This document shows positions 1 to 10,172 of a stretch of 64,000 nucleotides of DNA, piece by piece (the stretch's first letter is position 1; each line of letters begins with the position of its first letter). The DNA lies in IMG/VR virus record IMGVR_UViG_3300033145_003180; one strand, given 5' to 3'. Made by a program: the position numbers and the translations under genes. The notes below the pieces were generated by a model. The model saw nothing but the letters and a program-made list of their open reading frames with translations, was not told the origin of the DNA and did not search any database. The DNA is from an uncultured virus (IMG/VR IMGVR_UViG_3300033145_003180). Lineage: Duplodnaviria; Heunggongvirae; Uroviricota; Caudoviricetes.

Positions 1-1265
1 CAAAACTTTTGCAGTTTTTCAATTTGAATACATTCTCTTCTGTTCTTTGTAATTATTCATAAGTTCATTTAACACCCATCTTTTTAATTTTTTACAAGCA
101 GATCCGATTGATTGTATTCCTTTAAGCATTGAGTTAAGAAAGGGATTGTTCCATGCATTTTTTAGGAGGGTATAAGCAAGGAAAACAAGGTGTAGGTGTA
201 TAACTACAGCGTCAAGTTTTCTTGCTTGATACTCACCTATTCCCAAATGCTGTTTACAATCCCTATGAAATACCTCAATACACCAGCGTTTTTTATAATA
301 TTCGAGAACCTGCAACCCATGATACTCAGTATTGTTTGATACAAGAAATGTAAAAGATCTGCTATTCTTTCTTGTTCGCAGGATAACAAGTTTCACAACG
401 CCAACATTTTTCATCATTACTTCTGTTTCAAAGATCCATTTAAACCGTTTTTCTCCAACTTTTTTATTGATACGTTTGAAGTCAGTTTTCTGCAAACACT
501 TTGCATACTTCTTCAGCTGTACCCATTTGTTACCAATTTGAATAAGACGATTGTTCCTCCCATCAGATATCCAAGTAAGACCTCTACTGTTAATAAAATC
601 AAGGATTTCCTTTGCCATATACCATGCATCAAAAACAATCACTTCAGGAGTCACCTGGGCCAAGGACAATCGAAGCAGATCCACTGCCATCTGAATCTTT
701 GTTTTAAACCAAATATCCAACTGATCAGCAACATCCTTTTTAACATACGGCTGAACATACAGGGGAACATGTTGTTTTCCATTCTGATAAAATGTTGAAA
801 CAATATCATGACAAAGCACTGTTTTTCCAGAACAATGATCCTTCAGGTATCCAACACCATCCATGTGTTTCCCTGATTTTTCAATTAACATATCATCAAG
901 AGCGATAACACCACCCTTCCGATTATCTATGTTTTCCTTTAGCCTAATAGCATTCATCTTTCTAACATCCCATTTACGCCTCGATATAAATCTATTCAGA
1001 GAACTCTGATGTTTTCCATCTAAAATATTAGATGCAATATCTTCAATGTTTTTCTCACCTTTCTCACTGAGAAGAAGACCATGAAGATATGTTTTGAAAT
1101 GAGTCCATTGCGGCTTTGAAAAACACTTTCTAAAAACATTTAACCTCGCCCCAAAGAGGTTAGTATCTTTTGTAAAGAACATCTTTTCATCCCATCCATC
1201 TGGATGAAAATGATGTTGTGACCTAATTGTTTTTTCTACCAAAATCTAAAAGTGCAAAAGTTTTG
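1..1265 (-). mobile_element. IS701-like insertion sequence
   Basis: 13-bp terminal inverted repeats CAAAACTTTTGCA (1-13) and TGCAAAAGTTTTG (1253-1265) flank a single DDE transposase ORF. Confidence 0.85.
19..1242 (-). CDS. DDE transposase, IS701-like (IS4 superfamily)
   Basis: Motifs IALDD..IEKSG, VFDAWY, YKKRWCIEVFHRDCKQHLG; start codon uncertain. Confidence 0.9.
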   Translation of the reverse strand: MVEKTIRSQHHFHPDGWDEKMFFTKDTNLFGARLNVFRKCFSKPQWTHFKTYLHGLLLSEKGEKNIEDIASNILDGKHQSSLNRFISRRKWDVRKMNAIRLKENIDNRKGGVIALDDMLIEKSGKHMDGVGYLKDHCSGKTVLCHDIVSTFYQNGKQHVPLYVQPYVKKDVADQLDIWFKTKIQMAVDLLRLSLAQVTPEVIVFDAWYMAKEILDFINSRGLTWISDGRNNRLIQIGNKWVQLKKYAKCLQKTDFKRINKKVGEKRFKWIFETEVMMKNVGVVKLVILRTRKNSRSFTFLVSNNTEYHGLQVLEYYKKRWCIEVFHRDCKQHLGIGEYQARKLDAVVIHLHLVFLAYTLLKNAWNNPFLNSMLKGIQSIGSACKKLKRWVLNELMNNYKEQKRMYSN

Positions 1266-1475
1266 ATATTTCGTAATATGGGTATTACGATATTTCTCGG
1301 TGCATTCATTATAGTTGGATGGGAGATATTGGAGAAGTATATCAAAAAGTATTATGATGTCTTTAATATCCCGTTTGGCAGGAAAACCGTCATGGAATCC
1401 CCTGAGAATAGCCTGGTTGATATCGTTGCGGGTTTGATCGGGGTGCTCTTTTTTGTATTTGTAATGTTGTTTTAG
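1266..1475 (+). pseudogene. 3' part of a small membrane protein gene, probably interrupted by the IS
   Basis: Hydrophobic reading frame (IIVGWEILEK...SLVDIVAGLIG) begins right at the IS end. Confidence 0.45.
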
Positions 1476-1576
1476 TTATATCATAGTTATAAAGTTTTAT
1501 ATAAACTGTAGTTTTCTATAAAAGCACAACTTTTATATATGGGTGATGCATTACTATTATTAGGAGAAGTTCGCGC

Positions 1577-1834
1577 ATGTCGGAAAAAGAAAATAATAAA
1601 AAAATAAAGAAAGAAGCTAGGAAACCTCGCAAAACAATCGGTAATGTGATAGACGAGGATACAGAATGGATTTTGACAGTAAGTAAGGATATTTTTGAAA
1701 ACAAACCTGGTCACCCACTCTGGAAAGAAAATGAGAAAGAAATAGCTGAAGCATTTTTGACAGATCATCATATGAGGATATTCAAGGCAGAGCAAACAAT
1801 CAAGAAAGTCAGAGAATATTACAAGAAGGATTAA
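1577..1834 (+). CDS. hypothetical protein
   Basis: ORF with upstream TTTTATATA box and AGGAG. Confidence 0.6.
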   Translation: MSEKENNKKIKKEARKPRKTIGNVIDEDTEWILTVSKDIFENKPGHPLWKENEKEIAEAFLTDHHMRIFKAEQTIKKVREYYKKD

Positions 1835-2122
1835 AAATGCCTGCTCCATATTTTTCAATAAAAACGCAGGTGGTGGAATCAGGCAACCATGTCAAACTGA
1901 TATGGAACGACATTACAATGAACGGAATATTTTCTAGGATGGAGGACTAAAAATGTATGAACATTTTCGTGAGATATGCTATTATAATAGATTCTGGTGG
2001 ATGTTCGATCTTTGGGATATACTTTTTGATATTGAAATGGTTGATTGGTATAAACGCCACAGAATAAAAAAGAAAAAGTTTATGAATATGGTTTGCAGAG
2101 GAAACCCAGGGGAAGATTAAAA

Positions 2123-2383
2123 ATGAAAATCACAGAATTGGAAAAAGACGTTATAATCGCAATTGCTGAGAATCAATATGCTGACTCACCAGATTCAGAG
2201 GTGTGGTCTTGGGCAATAGAGTACGAAACAAAAATTACCAAAAAAGAGCAGGTAAGTGGTGTTGTTTCTTCACTTGTCAAAAAAGGACTTGCGATTTCGT
2301 CAGACTATGATAATGACAGAACAGTAAGATTAACCGCAAAAGGTGTTGGTGAGTACAATCAAATTAAAAGGGATGCAAGATGA
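2123..2383 (+). CDS. winged-helix (MarR-like) DNA-binding protein
   Basis: QVSGVVSSLVKKGL...VRLTAKG pattern; ATG at 2123 preferred. Confidence 0.65.
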   Translation: MKITELEKDVIIAIAENQYADSPDSEVWSWAIEYETKITKKEQVSGVVSSLVKKGLAISSDYDNDRTVRLTAKGVGEYNQIKRDAR

Positions 2384-2494
2384 GTGAACATTGTTGCATA
2401 TGCCATAATCTTACAGGCGACAGCGGACTTTGTGGTATATGTAGGATTGTTCTCGATGTATGGGATATAAATATAGATGAATTAGGAGGTATAA

Positions 2495-2896
2495 ATGATT
2501 AAAAAAATAAAGACCAAAGTAAAACCAAAGACTAGAAAACAAGTGGCCCTGAAAAAAGTCAGGAAAAAGAAAACTGGAAAGACAGAGAATATTGATATCG
2601 GAAAACTGATGAGAAAACATGCCTATGTTGAAATAGTGGATACTGACAAAAAAGGGATAAAGAAGGAATATCTCAGTATTTCGCCATCTGCAGTCAAAGA
2701 GTACATATCAAGAATTGTAGTTGCAACTGAGATTAATATACGAGAGATTGCTTTTAGGGTGAATGTCCGTCATAACCGTAAGACTATAATGGTCAAGCAT
2801 AACAAAGACAGGGATGACATTGATGATATAACGGAGCATTTCGGAGAACGTCAATCGAAGGTTATTGATGGGGATAAAGAGGACGTATTGCAATGA
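2495..2896 (+). CDS. putative histone-fold protein with Lys-rich N-terminal tail
   Basis: IGKLMRKH...SISPSAV...IREIA...RKTI resembles an archaeal histone fold; AGGAGGT RBS. Confidence 0.45.
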   Translation: MIKKIKTKVKPKTRKQVALKKVRKKKTGKTENIDIGKLMRKHAYVEIVDTDKKGIKKEYLSISPSAVKEYISRIVVATEINIREIAFRVNVRHNRKTIMVKHNKDRDDIDDITEHFGERQSKVIDGDKEDVLQ

Positions 2897-2987
2897 AGCT
2901 ATATCATTTAGTCTATTTCATGATTTATGGATATATTCAAGGATGCTACTATTATGCCGTTTTTAATTTGATACCATAGGAGGTAAA

Positions 2988-3257
2988 ATGAAAAAAATAG
3001 GAAAAAACAAAACAGGAGTGTTTCACTCTTACGCTGGTTACTTATTCGATGCTGTTGCTGATGATGGAAGGGAAACAACTACAGAGATACTTGGTGTCAA
3101 TATCTACGATGAAGATGATGAAACGGAGATGTCCGAAGAGATATTGATCGTGCCATGTGCATGCTGCAGACAGCCTGTTAAGATCAGATTCAACTCTGAC
3201 GGCGATATTATAGCTGTTACATGCAATCATTGTCAGAGCATGCCACCTGCAACTTAG
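2988..3257 (+). CDS. hypothetical Zn-ribbon protein
   Basis: CACC and CNHC motifs; AGGAGGT RBS. Confidence 0.55.
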   Translation: MKKIGKNKTGVFHSYAGYLFDAVADDGRETTTEILGVNIYDEDDETEMSEEILIVPCACCRQPVKIRFNSDGDIIAVTCNHCQSMPPAT

Positions 3258-3266
3258 GAGATAACA

Positions 3267-3476
3267 ATGCCGAAACAAGGATATTTTAAACCGCTCAATA
3301 AATACGGGTATTCATGGGAATGCCCTATTGAAGGCTGTGAGGCTTGCAGTAGGAAGTCACTGAGTCATGTAAACGCATTGAGGCATGGCAGGTATCATCT
3401 CAAGCTTAAACATGCGATATGGGGCATGGATCCAATTGTAAAAAGAATTCAGAGGGATGAATCATACCACGAATAA
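3267..3476 (+). CDS. C2H2-type zinc-finger protein
   Basis: CPIEGC...HLKLKH. Confidence 0.55.
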   Translation: MPKQGYFKPLNKYGYSWECPIEGCEACSRKSLSHVNALRHGRYHLKLKHAIWGMDPIVKRIQRDESYHE

Positions 3477-3612
3477 CAGTACGATTGGATAAAGAGCAGA
3501 ATGCAATTCTTGACAAAATGAAGGCCGAGACATTAGAATCAAAAGGCTCGATGGTGAGACGGCCATTCGGGATTATATGAACAGAAATATGGATAAATTA
3601 AGGAGGTAAAAT

Positions 3613-3849
3613 ATGAATGATGAAAAAATTGATCAGACGAAACTGATGGTGGAGATACCACTGTCTTTGAACATGGAGATAAACAAGTTTCTCGCGGATA
3701 AATCAAACGGGGAGAGTACACAAGGGATGAGAAAGGTGATTGTCTCTGTATCCCTGTCAAAATATATGCAGGAACGTGGTTGGAAACTATCATCAAAGAC
3801 AATTGAGAACGTTGACAGAATAGTCAAGAACGGCAGGTTTGAACTATAA
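3613..3849 (+). CDS. hypothetical protein (possible ribbon-helix-helix)
   Basis: AGGAGGT RBS; short beta-alpha-alpha-like pattern. Confidence 0.5.
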   Translation: MNDEKIDQTKLMVEIPLSLNMEINKFLADKSNGESTQGMRKVIVSVSLSKYMQERGWKLSSKTIENVDRIVKNGRFEL

Positions 3850-4025
3850 AATTAATGGAATGGTGTCATGACCGGAAATGTAGAACTCCTCATCCGATAT
3901 AGACTGCTTTGTCTTTACGGATATTTTTCTGCACCTGACATCATCGGTGCCATTCTTTAAATTAAAACAGAACTTATATAAAAGTATTAGTTATTACTGG
4001 TTTTATAAAAAAGGAGGAAAGTAAT

Positions 4026-4412
4026 ATGACAACGTTAGTAACGCCAAAATTATTAGAACCCATCGGGTTCGGAAAACATGACGCAGCAGTTCTATCATAT
4101 CTTATTAGCATGAAGAAATCGGTTAGTGCGGATATTGAGCATACCTGCAGACTGAGACAACCTGAAGTATGTCTCTCTCTGGGAAAACTTGTTGAAGAGG
4201 GTTTTGTGACATACACGAAAAAGAAGAAAGAGGGGAAAGGCCGACCTGTGCATATCTATAGTGTAAATGAAAAGATATTGAGTATGCTGAATCAGAAGTT
4301 AAGGCAGAAGCAATCGGAATTAGAATCAGATATCAAAAAACTTAATGAAATATCAGCGATTCTGGGTAAAAGACATCAAGAGCAAACGCAGAAGAAGATG
4401 AAGAACGCATGA
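4026..4412 (+). CDS. winged-HTH transcription regulator (TrmB/ArsR-like)
   Basis: LRQPEVCLSLGKLVEEGFV...KGRPVHIY followed by coiled coil; TTATATAAAA promoter near 3974. Confidence 0.8.
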   Translation: MTTLVTPKLLEPIGFGKHDAAVLSYLISMKKSVSADIEHTCRLRQPEVCLSLGKLVEEGFVTYTKKKKEGKGRPVHIYSVNEKILSMLNQKLRQKQSELESDIKKLNEISAILGKRHQEQTQKKMKNA

Positions 4413-4424
4413 ACGGAGATAATT

Positions 4425-5327
4425 ATGAACTTTTGTAAATGGTTTTTTGACAAGTATAAAGAGGGTATGAAGATAGTATCACTATTTCTAATAGCAAACT
4501 TGGGGATATATATCCTATTCTTGATGTTAACGCCGTTTCTCCCGCTTTTTAGCAATGTTCCACTTGTTGAATATAAATTGTGGTTGCACATTGCTATGTA
4601 TACATTAGTCTGCTTGTTCTCGGCTTTAGGATTGATGTTCTATTTCATCATTGTTGGAGTATATGAAAATTATGTGAAAGATGCAAGTGGGAAAAAGATA
4701 ACTTTCAAGGTAAAACCACAGTGGGTTGTATATACTGTTGCCATGGTCATCATTTTTACATTTGTAGGATACAACGGTGGATATGAAAATGGTGATTCCG
4801 ATGGGTTTACAGAAGGATTGGGGATAGGTATACGTGCAGGGTTACAGCAACCATACTATATGAGTGTACTTCCAGCAAGTATGAGAAGCGGCATTGATCC
4901 AATATTTGCACATAATGCCACGGTATCCATAAATGGAAGTGTGCCTGCAGAAGTTTCTCTGACAGAATATCTGATTATAGAAAACACAGATGATGAGCGT
5001 GTTGCAATCTCGCCTCTCATACTTTCACTTGTAAACCCTGTTACGTTAAAAGAGGGGTTGCATAAAGATCTTCAGACCAACTACACAAAAATTATTATAA
5101 CTATTGATGGTGTCCAAAACGTATTATATCAGGATGGAAATTATACCAATGGTGTTTTAATTGATGCTATTGAAGCAGGTGATATGGCAGACATGACAAT
5201 GACATTTACTTTAGAAATTGCTGATGTGGGTAGTTTCCAGGATGGTCAGTCATATACTAATTATCTATTTCTATATCAGTCAAAATCAGAGTATGCAGAT
5301 AAAATGCCTTTCATGGTGAACACATAA
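4425..5327 (+). CDS. membrane protein whose C-terminal domain is paralogous to 24767-25396
   Basis: 3 TM segments; shared IENTD, GLH and TFTLE..FQDGQSYTNY motifs. Confidence 0.75.
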   Translation: MNFCKWFFDKYKEGMKIVSLFLIANLGIYILFLMLTPFLPLFSNVPLVEYKLWLHIAMYTLVCLFSALGLMFYFIIVGVYENYVKDASGKKITFKVKPQWVVYTVAMVIIFTFVGYNGGYENGDSDGFTEGLGIGIRAGLQQPYYMSVLPASMRSGIDPIFAHNATVSINGSVPAEVSLTEYLIIENTDDERVAISPLILSLVNPVTLKEGLHKDLQTNYTKIIITIDGVQNVLYQDGNYTNGVLIDAIEAGDMADMTMTFTLEIADVGSFQDGQSYTNYLFLYQSKSEYADKMPFMVNT

Positions 5328-5348
5328 AGAAAAGGATATGGGATATAA

Positions 5349-5600
5349 ATGACAGTAGAAAAGAGTGGAAAGACAACCGAGATATTAACATTACCGATTA
5401 CCCAGAAGAACGCTGAGTATCTTATTATGAATGTCTGCACAAGTATATTTGGTTGTTACCAAGGTGATAAGAATGCAGACGATCTAGTTGAGCATCCAGA
5501 AACCATAAAACAGGAAGATTTTGATGATATTGCATTGCCTCAGTCTGAATTGAAAAAGGCACAAATAATTATAACGGATCTGCAAAAACTATTGTACTGA
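5349..5600 (+). CDS. hypothetical protein
   Basis: ORF track; co-oriented with neighbours. Confidence 0.55.
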   Translation: MTVEKSGKTTEILTLPITQKNAEYLIMNVCTSIFGCYQGDKNADDLVEHPETIKQEDFDDIALPQSELKKAQIIITDLQKLLY

Positions 5601-5607
5601 GATAAGA

Positions 5608-5630
5608 ACGATATCATCATATCGTAATGG
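5608..5630. repeat. ACGATA-N6-TATCGT inverted-repeat site 1
   Basis: acgata tcatca tatcgt aatgg. Confidence 0.75.
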
Positions 5631-5637
5631 AGAAAAA

Positions 5638-5955
5638 ATGAATCGAAAAAGCGTAGTATTATTAATTGTTGTTCCTATCATTGTTGGGTTGGTGTTCAGT
5701 GCCCCTCTTATCTATAATTGGCAACGTAATAAAGAGTTGGTTGATCAAAAAATCGAATTAGGCAAGATAATCAATATTGATGTTCCACCCGAGATACGCA
5801 ATGCTAATTATCGTGTAATGGAAGAGGGGGTTGATGATGAATTTATCCCTGTTATTTACATAGCATTTGCTTTTAGTTATTGTGTTACTTTATCAGGTAT
5901 TTTAATTTATTTGATTGAACGTAAAGAAGAGCATAACGATATTACCGTATCGTAA
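5638..5955 (+). CDS. small membrane protein (2 TM)
   Basis: Two hydrophobic segments; stop codon lies in site 2. Confidence 0.65.
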   Translation: MNRKSVVLLIVVPIIVGLVFSAPLIYNWQRNKELVDQKIELGKIINIDVPPEIRNANYRVMEEGVDDEFIPVIYIAFAFSYCVTLSGILIYLIERKEEHNDITVS

Positions 5956-5959
5956 TTGG
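5936..5959. repeat. ACGATA-N6-TATCGT inverted-repeat site 2
   Basis: acgata ttaccg tatcgt aattgg. Confidence 0.75.
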
Positions 5960-5967
5960 AGGGAATT

Positions 5968-6135
5968 ATGGAAAAGAAAGACACAATGGGTATTATTTTT
6001 TACAGTGTAATTTTAATATTTGCCCGTGTCGCTACTTATGCATCATATTTATCAGGAGATATGTATTTGTTAATGCTATGTGGTGCCTTGGTTATCGGTG
6101 CAATTGTTTGTTTAATTATTGAGATACGATATTGA
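5968..6135 (+). CDS. small membrane protein (55 aa, not in ORF track)
   Basis: GGAGG RBS; MEKKDTMGIIFYSVILIF...VCLIIEIRY*; stop codon lies in site 3. Confidence 0.6.
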   Translation: MEKKDTMGIIFYSVILIFARVATYASYLSGDMYLLMLCGALVIGAIVCLIIEIRY

Positions 6136-6150
6136 TGTATCGTAATTTGG
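6126..6150. repeat. ACGATA-N6-TATCGT inverted-repeat site 3
   Basis: acgata ttgatg tatcgt aatttgg. Confidence 0.75.
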
Positions 6151-6255
6151 AGACGATATATTTAATTGTGGGAAAAATATGTCCAAGGATGAGATACAAG
6201 ATATGTTAGATGAGTTTGATAATAGGTCTATTCTTGGGGGAATGGGTGCTGAAAG

Positions 6256-7044
6256 ATGAAAATATATGTTGCAAAATTTAATCGTGCAGAAAGTTCGTTG
6301 GAATTATTAGTCAAAAAACTGGAACGATTGGGAATGTTGACCCTGGATTATCATAAAGCCGATTATTTTTTGTTGTCTGGAGATCGCACTAAAATGTTTG
6401 ACTTCGCTGTAAGATGTCTTAGAGATAATAAGAAGATAATACATCTATGGGCTGGTGAATGTGATGGCAATTGGTCAACATATGATGAATGGTATAGGAC
6501 ATTCATAACTCTTTCCAGTTGTATCCAGTTGTGTACTAATGATCATGCTTTAAATAGAGTGAATCAGTTGTGCAAAGCAACAGATAAAAAACCTAATGCC
6601 TACATTGTGGGCAATCTTATGCTTGATAATCTTGAACTGGATGAATCAGTTATACCTAATAAACCATACAATCTTATATTGTATAACCCAATCACAAAAA
6701 GAAAAATAGTAGAAGCAGAAATTATCCAAATAAGGCGGATTCTTAATAAGGACAAGATTCCATATATTTGGCTTGCACCAAATGGTGATATGAACAGCGA
6801 CCTGATAGATAAATGGGTAACTGAAGAATCTATAGAAAGAGCCTTGTTTTTAGGCTTATTAAAACATTGTAAGAAATTCATAACAAATTCATCGTGCCAG
6901 TATTATGAAGCACCCTTTCTTATGGATGCAAAAAATATAATATCGATTGGTGAAAGAAATGCTTGTAGAGAAAGTAAAAATGCAGATATGATGATACCCA
7001 ATGCATCCGAAAATATTATTAGAATATTGGAGACATTAGAATGA
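6256..7044 (+). CDS. UDP-GlcNAc 2-epimerase (NeuC-like, shortened)
   Basis: GDR, IIHLWAGE, DEWYR, VGNLMLD, ITNSSC..YEAP and IGERN motifs. Confidence 0.7.
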   Translation: MKIYVAKFNRAESSLELLVKKLERLGMLTLDYHKADYFLLSGDRTKMFDFAVRCLRDNKKIIHLWAGECDGNWSTYDEWYRTFITLSSCIQLCTNDHALNRVNQLCKATDKKPNAYIVGNLMLDNLELDESVIPNKPYNLILYNPITKRKIVEAEIIQIRRILNKDKIPYIWLAPNGDMNSDLIDKWVTEESIERALFLGLLKHCKKFITNSSCQYYEAPFLMDAKNIISIGERNACRESKNADMMIPNASENIIRILETLE

Positions 7045-7954
7045 AAATCGACTCAAACTTTCATTTAAAAATAGCAAAAAAAGAGAAACAGACGCAAGAG
7101 TATGTTGAGTATCGCAGGAAATGGAATGAGAATCCCCAAAAATTTATAGTTGGAGATTTCCCGATACATGTAGATATAGAAACAATTACCACATGTAACC
7201 TCAAATGTTTTATGTGTGTTCAATCATATGATCCACCCGATCCGATGAAGATGGATTTTAAAGTTTTTAAAAAAGTTATTGATGAGTGTGCAGGAAAAGG
7301 AGTGTGTTCTATCAAAACACAATACCGTGGAGAGCCGCTTTTAGACACACGAATGCCAGACATGATAAAATATGCTAAAGAAAAAGGGATTTTAGAGGTT
7401 ATGTTTAATACAAATGCTACACTTTTATCCGAAGGAACAGCAAAAGCTTTAATTGATGCAGGATTGGATAAAATAATATGCTCTGTAGATGGCTATACTA
7501 AAGATGTTTATGAAGCATGGGATATAAAAAACCTATTACCCGAGTTCAAATGGTGGATACTCCAAGAAATCATCATCAAATTGAGGGTTACATAAAATTT
7601 TGGGGTGAAATCGCAGATCAAGTTGCTGTTGAAGATATGTTGGATTGGGAAGCCAAGGAGGAAGATAGTACACCATTAGAAGACTGGAGTTGTGCACAAT
7701 TATGGCAACGATTAATTATACTTGCAGATGGGGATGTATTGTCTTGTTGCCGGTCTATAAAGGGAGGGACTGAAAAACAATCCGTGATAGGAAACATAAA
7801 TAAATCATCTTTGGAAGAATTGTGGAAGGGGGATATTATGACTATGCTTAGAACTGCGCACAAACAAGGATGCTCACACAAGATAAAAATGTGCAGATTG
7901 TGTGGATTGAGGAAAGATATTATAAAGGAGAATTATGAAAGGAATTGTAAATGA
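7041..7954 (+). pseudogene. radical SAM/SPASM protein split by a frameshift near 7515
   Basis: CNLKCFMC in ORF 7041-7595; SPASM cysteines (CAQLW..CC..CRLC) in overlapping ORF 7517-7954. Confidence 0.75.
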
Positions 7955-8654
7955 TGATCATTGTTTTATCATCGCGGAAGCTGGAATAAACCACAACGGG
8001 GATATAGATACGGCAAGACGATTGGCAAGAGAAGCAAAGAACTGTGGTGCTGATGCTGTAAAGTTCCAGACCTTTTGGAATATCAGATGGCTTTCTGAAT
8101 ATGAACTCTCCAGAGAAGAATTTATAGAATTGTTTTGCTATTGCAATAAAATAGGAATAGAATTCATGTCCACACCACATGATTTTGAAGCAATACATTT
8201 TATAGACAGCCTAGTAAATATACATAAGGTAGCAAGTTGTTTCATGGGTGTACCTAACTTTTTGAAGGAAATAGGAAATAAAAATAAACCCCTGCTTCTA
8301 AGTACAGGAAGTTTTCATAATAGTAACGGTATGCTATCTTCTGATTCGATAAATAGGGGTTTGCCATTCATTCCCCACCAGAATATTATATTAATGCATT
8401 GTATCAGTAAATACCCTTGTAAGCAGAGTAACCTATACAGAATAGAAGAATTGAAGTCTTTCGGTTTTCCTGTGGGTTATTCTGATCATACAAAGAATAT
8501 TAAGATGCCTCAAGTCCCTGTTTTAGAAAAGCATTTTATGTTAGATGATGTTCATAGTATTGATGAATATGTGTCGCTTAAACCAGATAAATTCAGGCAG
8601 ATGGTGGAATATATAAGAGAGATGGAAAAAGATGAAAAATATATTTGCAAATAA
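7935..8654 (+). CDS. N-acetylneuraminate/nonulosonate synthase family (NeuB-like), no C-terminal SAF domain
   Basis: IIAEAGINHNGD, GADAVKFQ, HCISKYP, VGYSDHT, LEKHF. Confidence 0.9.
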   Translation: MKGIVNDDHCFIIAEAGINHNGDIDTARRLAREAKNCGADAVKFQTFWNIRWLSEYELSREEFIELFCYCNKIGIEFMSTPHDFEAIHFIDSLVNIHKVASCFMGVPNFLKEIGNKNKPLLLSTGSFHNSNGMLSSDSINRGLPFIPHQNIILMHCISKYPCKQSNLYRIEELKSFGFPVGYSDHTKNIKMPQVPVLEKHFMLDDVHSIDEYVSLKPDKFRQMVEYIREMEKDEKYICK

Positions 8655-9471
8655 AATTAATATTGGTAAAAACGTAGAGATATCATCAAAAGCAAAAATC
8701 ATATGTGATGAAATATCAATCGGTGACGGAACTGTAATCACAGGTAATACAGTAATTAATTGTAAAGAATGCTTAATCGGTAAAAACAACTTTTTTTATG
8801 ATGTCTTGATTGAAGGTTCATTAAATGTAGGAAATACAAAAATAAAGATTGGAAACGAAAATCTTTTTGCGCAAAATACTAGATTAAATTGCAATGACTA
8901 TATAGAAATTGGGAATGATGTGAATACTGGTGAGGTCCAAATCTTTACGCATTCATCCTCAATGGATGTTTTTAATGGCTATCCTTTTAAAAAAGCTCCA
9001 GTGAAAATAGGTTCTCATGTATGGATAAATATTGGAGCTATAATTCACCCTGGCGTGACTGTTGGTTCAAACGTAATAATCTTGAATAAATCTGTCGTTA
9101 ACAAGAATATACCATCAGGTTCTCTTGCTGGTGGCATTCCGGTCAAAATAATTAAAAAAAATTATTATCCGAAACTGATACAAACTGCTGAAAAAAATGA
9201 AATTGCAAAAGACTGCATAAAAGAGTATTATGAATTATTAAGATTTAAACCAGTTAATGCTGAAGTAAATCTGATGGATAATCTATGTATTGAGTTCGTC
9301 AGTGATAACAAAAAAATAATTTTTGATTTAAAATCAAGAAAAATTATTGGGGGAATGACTGTTCAAGCTGAAGACTTTAGAGATTTTCTAAGATATAGAG
9401 GGATAAAATTCTTTACAGGAAAACCATTTAAATCAATTTCCCCCAATTGGCGTGTGGAGGCGTTAAAATGA
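8632..9471 (+). CDS. left-handed beta-helix acyltransferase
   Basis: Hexapeptide repeats; APVKIGSHVWI...GGIPVKII. Confidence 0.85.
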   Translation: MKNIFANKINIGKNVEISSKAKIICDEISIGDGTVITGNTVINCKECLIGKNNFFYDVLIEGSLNVGNTKIKIGNENLFAQNTRLNCNDYIEIGNDVNTGEVQIFTHSSSMDVFNGYPFKKAPVKIGSHVWINIGAIIHPGVTVGSNVIILNKSVVNKNIPSGSLAGGIPVKIIKKNYYPKLIQTAEKNEIAKDCIKEYYELLRFKPVNAEVNLMDNLCIEFVSDNKKIIFDLKSRKIIGGMTVQAEDFRDFLRYRGIKFFTGKPFKSISPNWRVEALK

Positions 9472-10118
9472 AGGTCCTTGTAATTGCTCCTCATCCAGAT
9501 GATGAGGTTTTGGGATGTGGTGGAACAATAGTAAAACATGTATCCAATGATGATATTGTTTATCTTTGTATAGTCACAAAGACATATACACCGGATTGGA
9601 CAATGAGTTTTGCAGAAAAAAGAAAAAAAGAAATAAAAAATGCAAACAGGATTTTAGGGATTGAAAAAACATATCTATTGGACTTCCCCACAGTAAAATT
9701 AGATACAATACCTCAAAAGGAATTAAATGATTCGATAGCGAAAATTGTGAGGGTTGTTAATCCAGATATTCTATATATCCCGCATCAGGGTGATTTGAAT
9801 AAAGATCACCGTTTGGTTTTTGACTCAGCGTTAGTTTCTATCAGATTTAATAACAAAATAATAAAAGTTAGGTCCTATGAAGTTTTGTCATCAACTGAAT
9901 GGGGCAGGATGTATAGCCCGTTCATTCCTAATACTTATGTAGACATTACAAAAACTTTTGAAAAAAAAATAAATGCTATGATTGAATATGGAAAAGAACT
10001 GAAAGGATCATTGCACCCAAGATCAATAGAGATAATAGAAGCACTTGCAAAAAGGCGAGGGTCTGAGGTAGGCTTAAAATATGCTGAAGCATTTATGTTA
10101 ATAAGAGAAATAGGATAG
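9468..10118 (+). CDS. PIG-L/LmbE family deacetylase
   Basis: APHPDDEVLGCGG and DLNKDHR. Confidence 0.9.
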   Translation: MKVLVIAPHPDDEVLGCGGTIVKHVSNDDIVYLCIVTKTYTPDWTMSFAEKRKKEIKNANRILGIEKTYLLDFPTVKLDTIPQKELNDSIAKIVRVVNPDILYIPHQGDLNKDHRLVFDSALVSIRFNNKIIKVRSYEVLSSTEWGRMYSPFIPNTYVDITKTFEKKINAMIEYGKELKGSLHPRSIEIIEALAKRRGSEVGLKYAEAFMLIREIG

Positions 10119-10172
10119 AAAAGACGATGTGAAATTAAAGCTTAAAAAATTGATGGGGAATATAGCGAAGTA

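Noticed and set aside
1271..1290. Palindrome TCGTAATA-TGGG-TATTACGA
   Set aside because: Single copy within a coding frame, with arm order different from the ACGATA-N6-TATCGT sites
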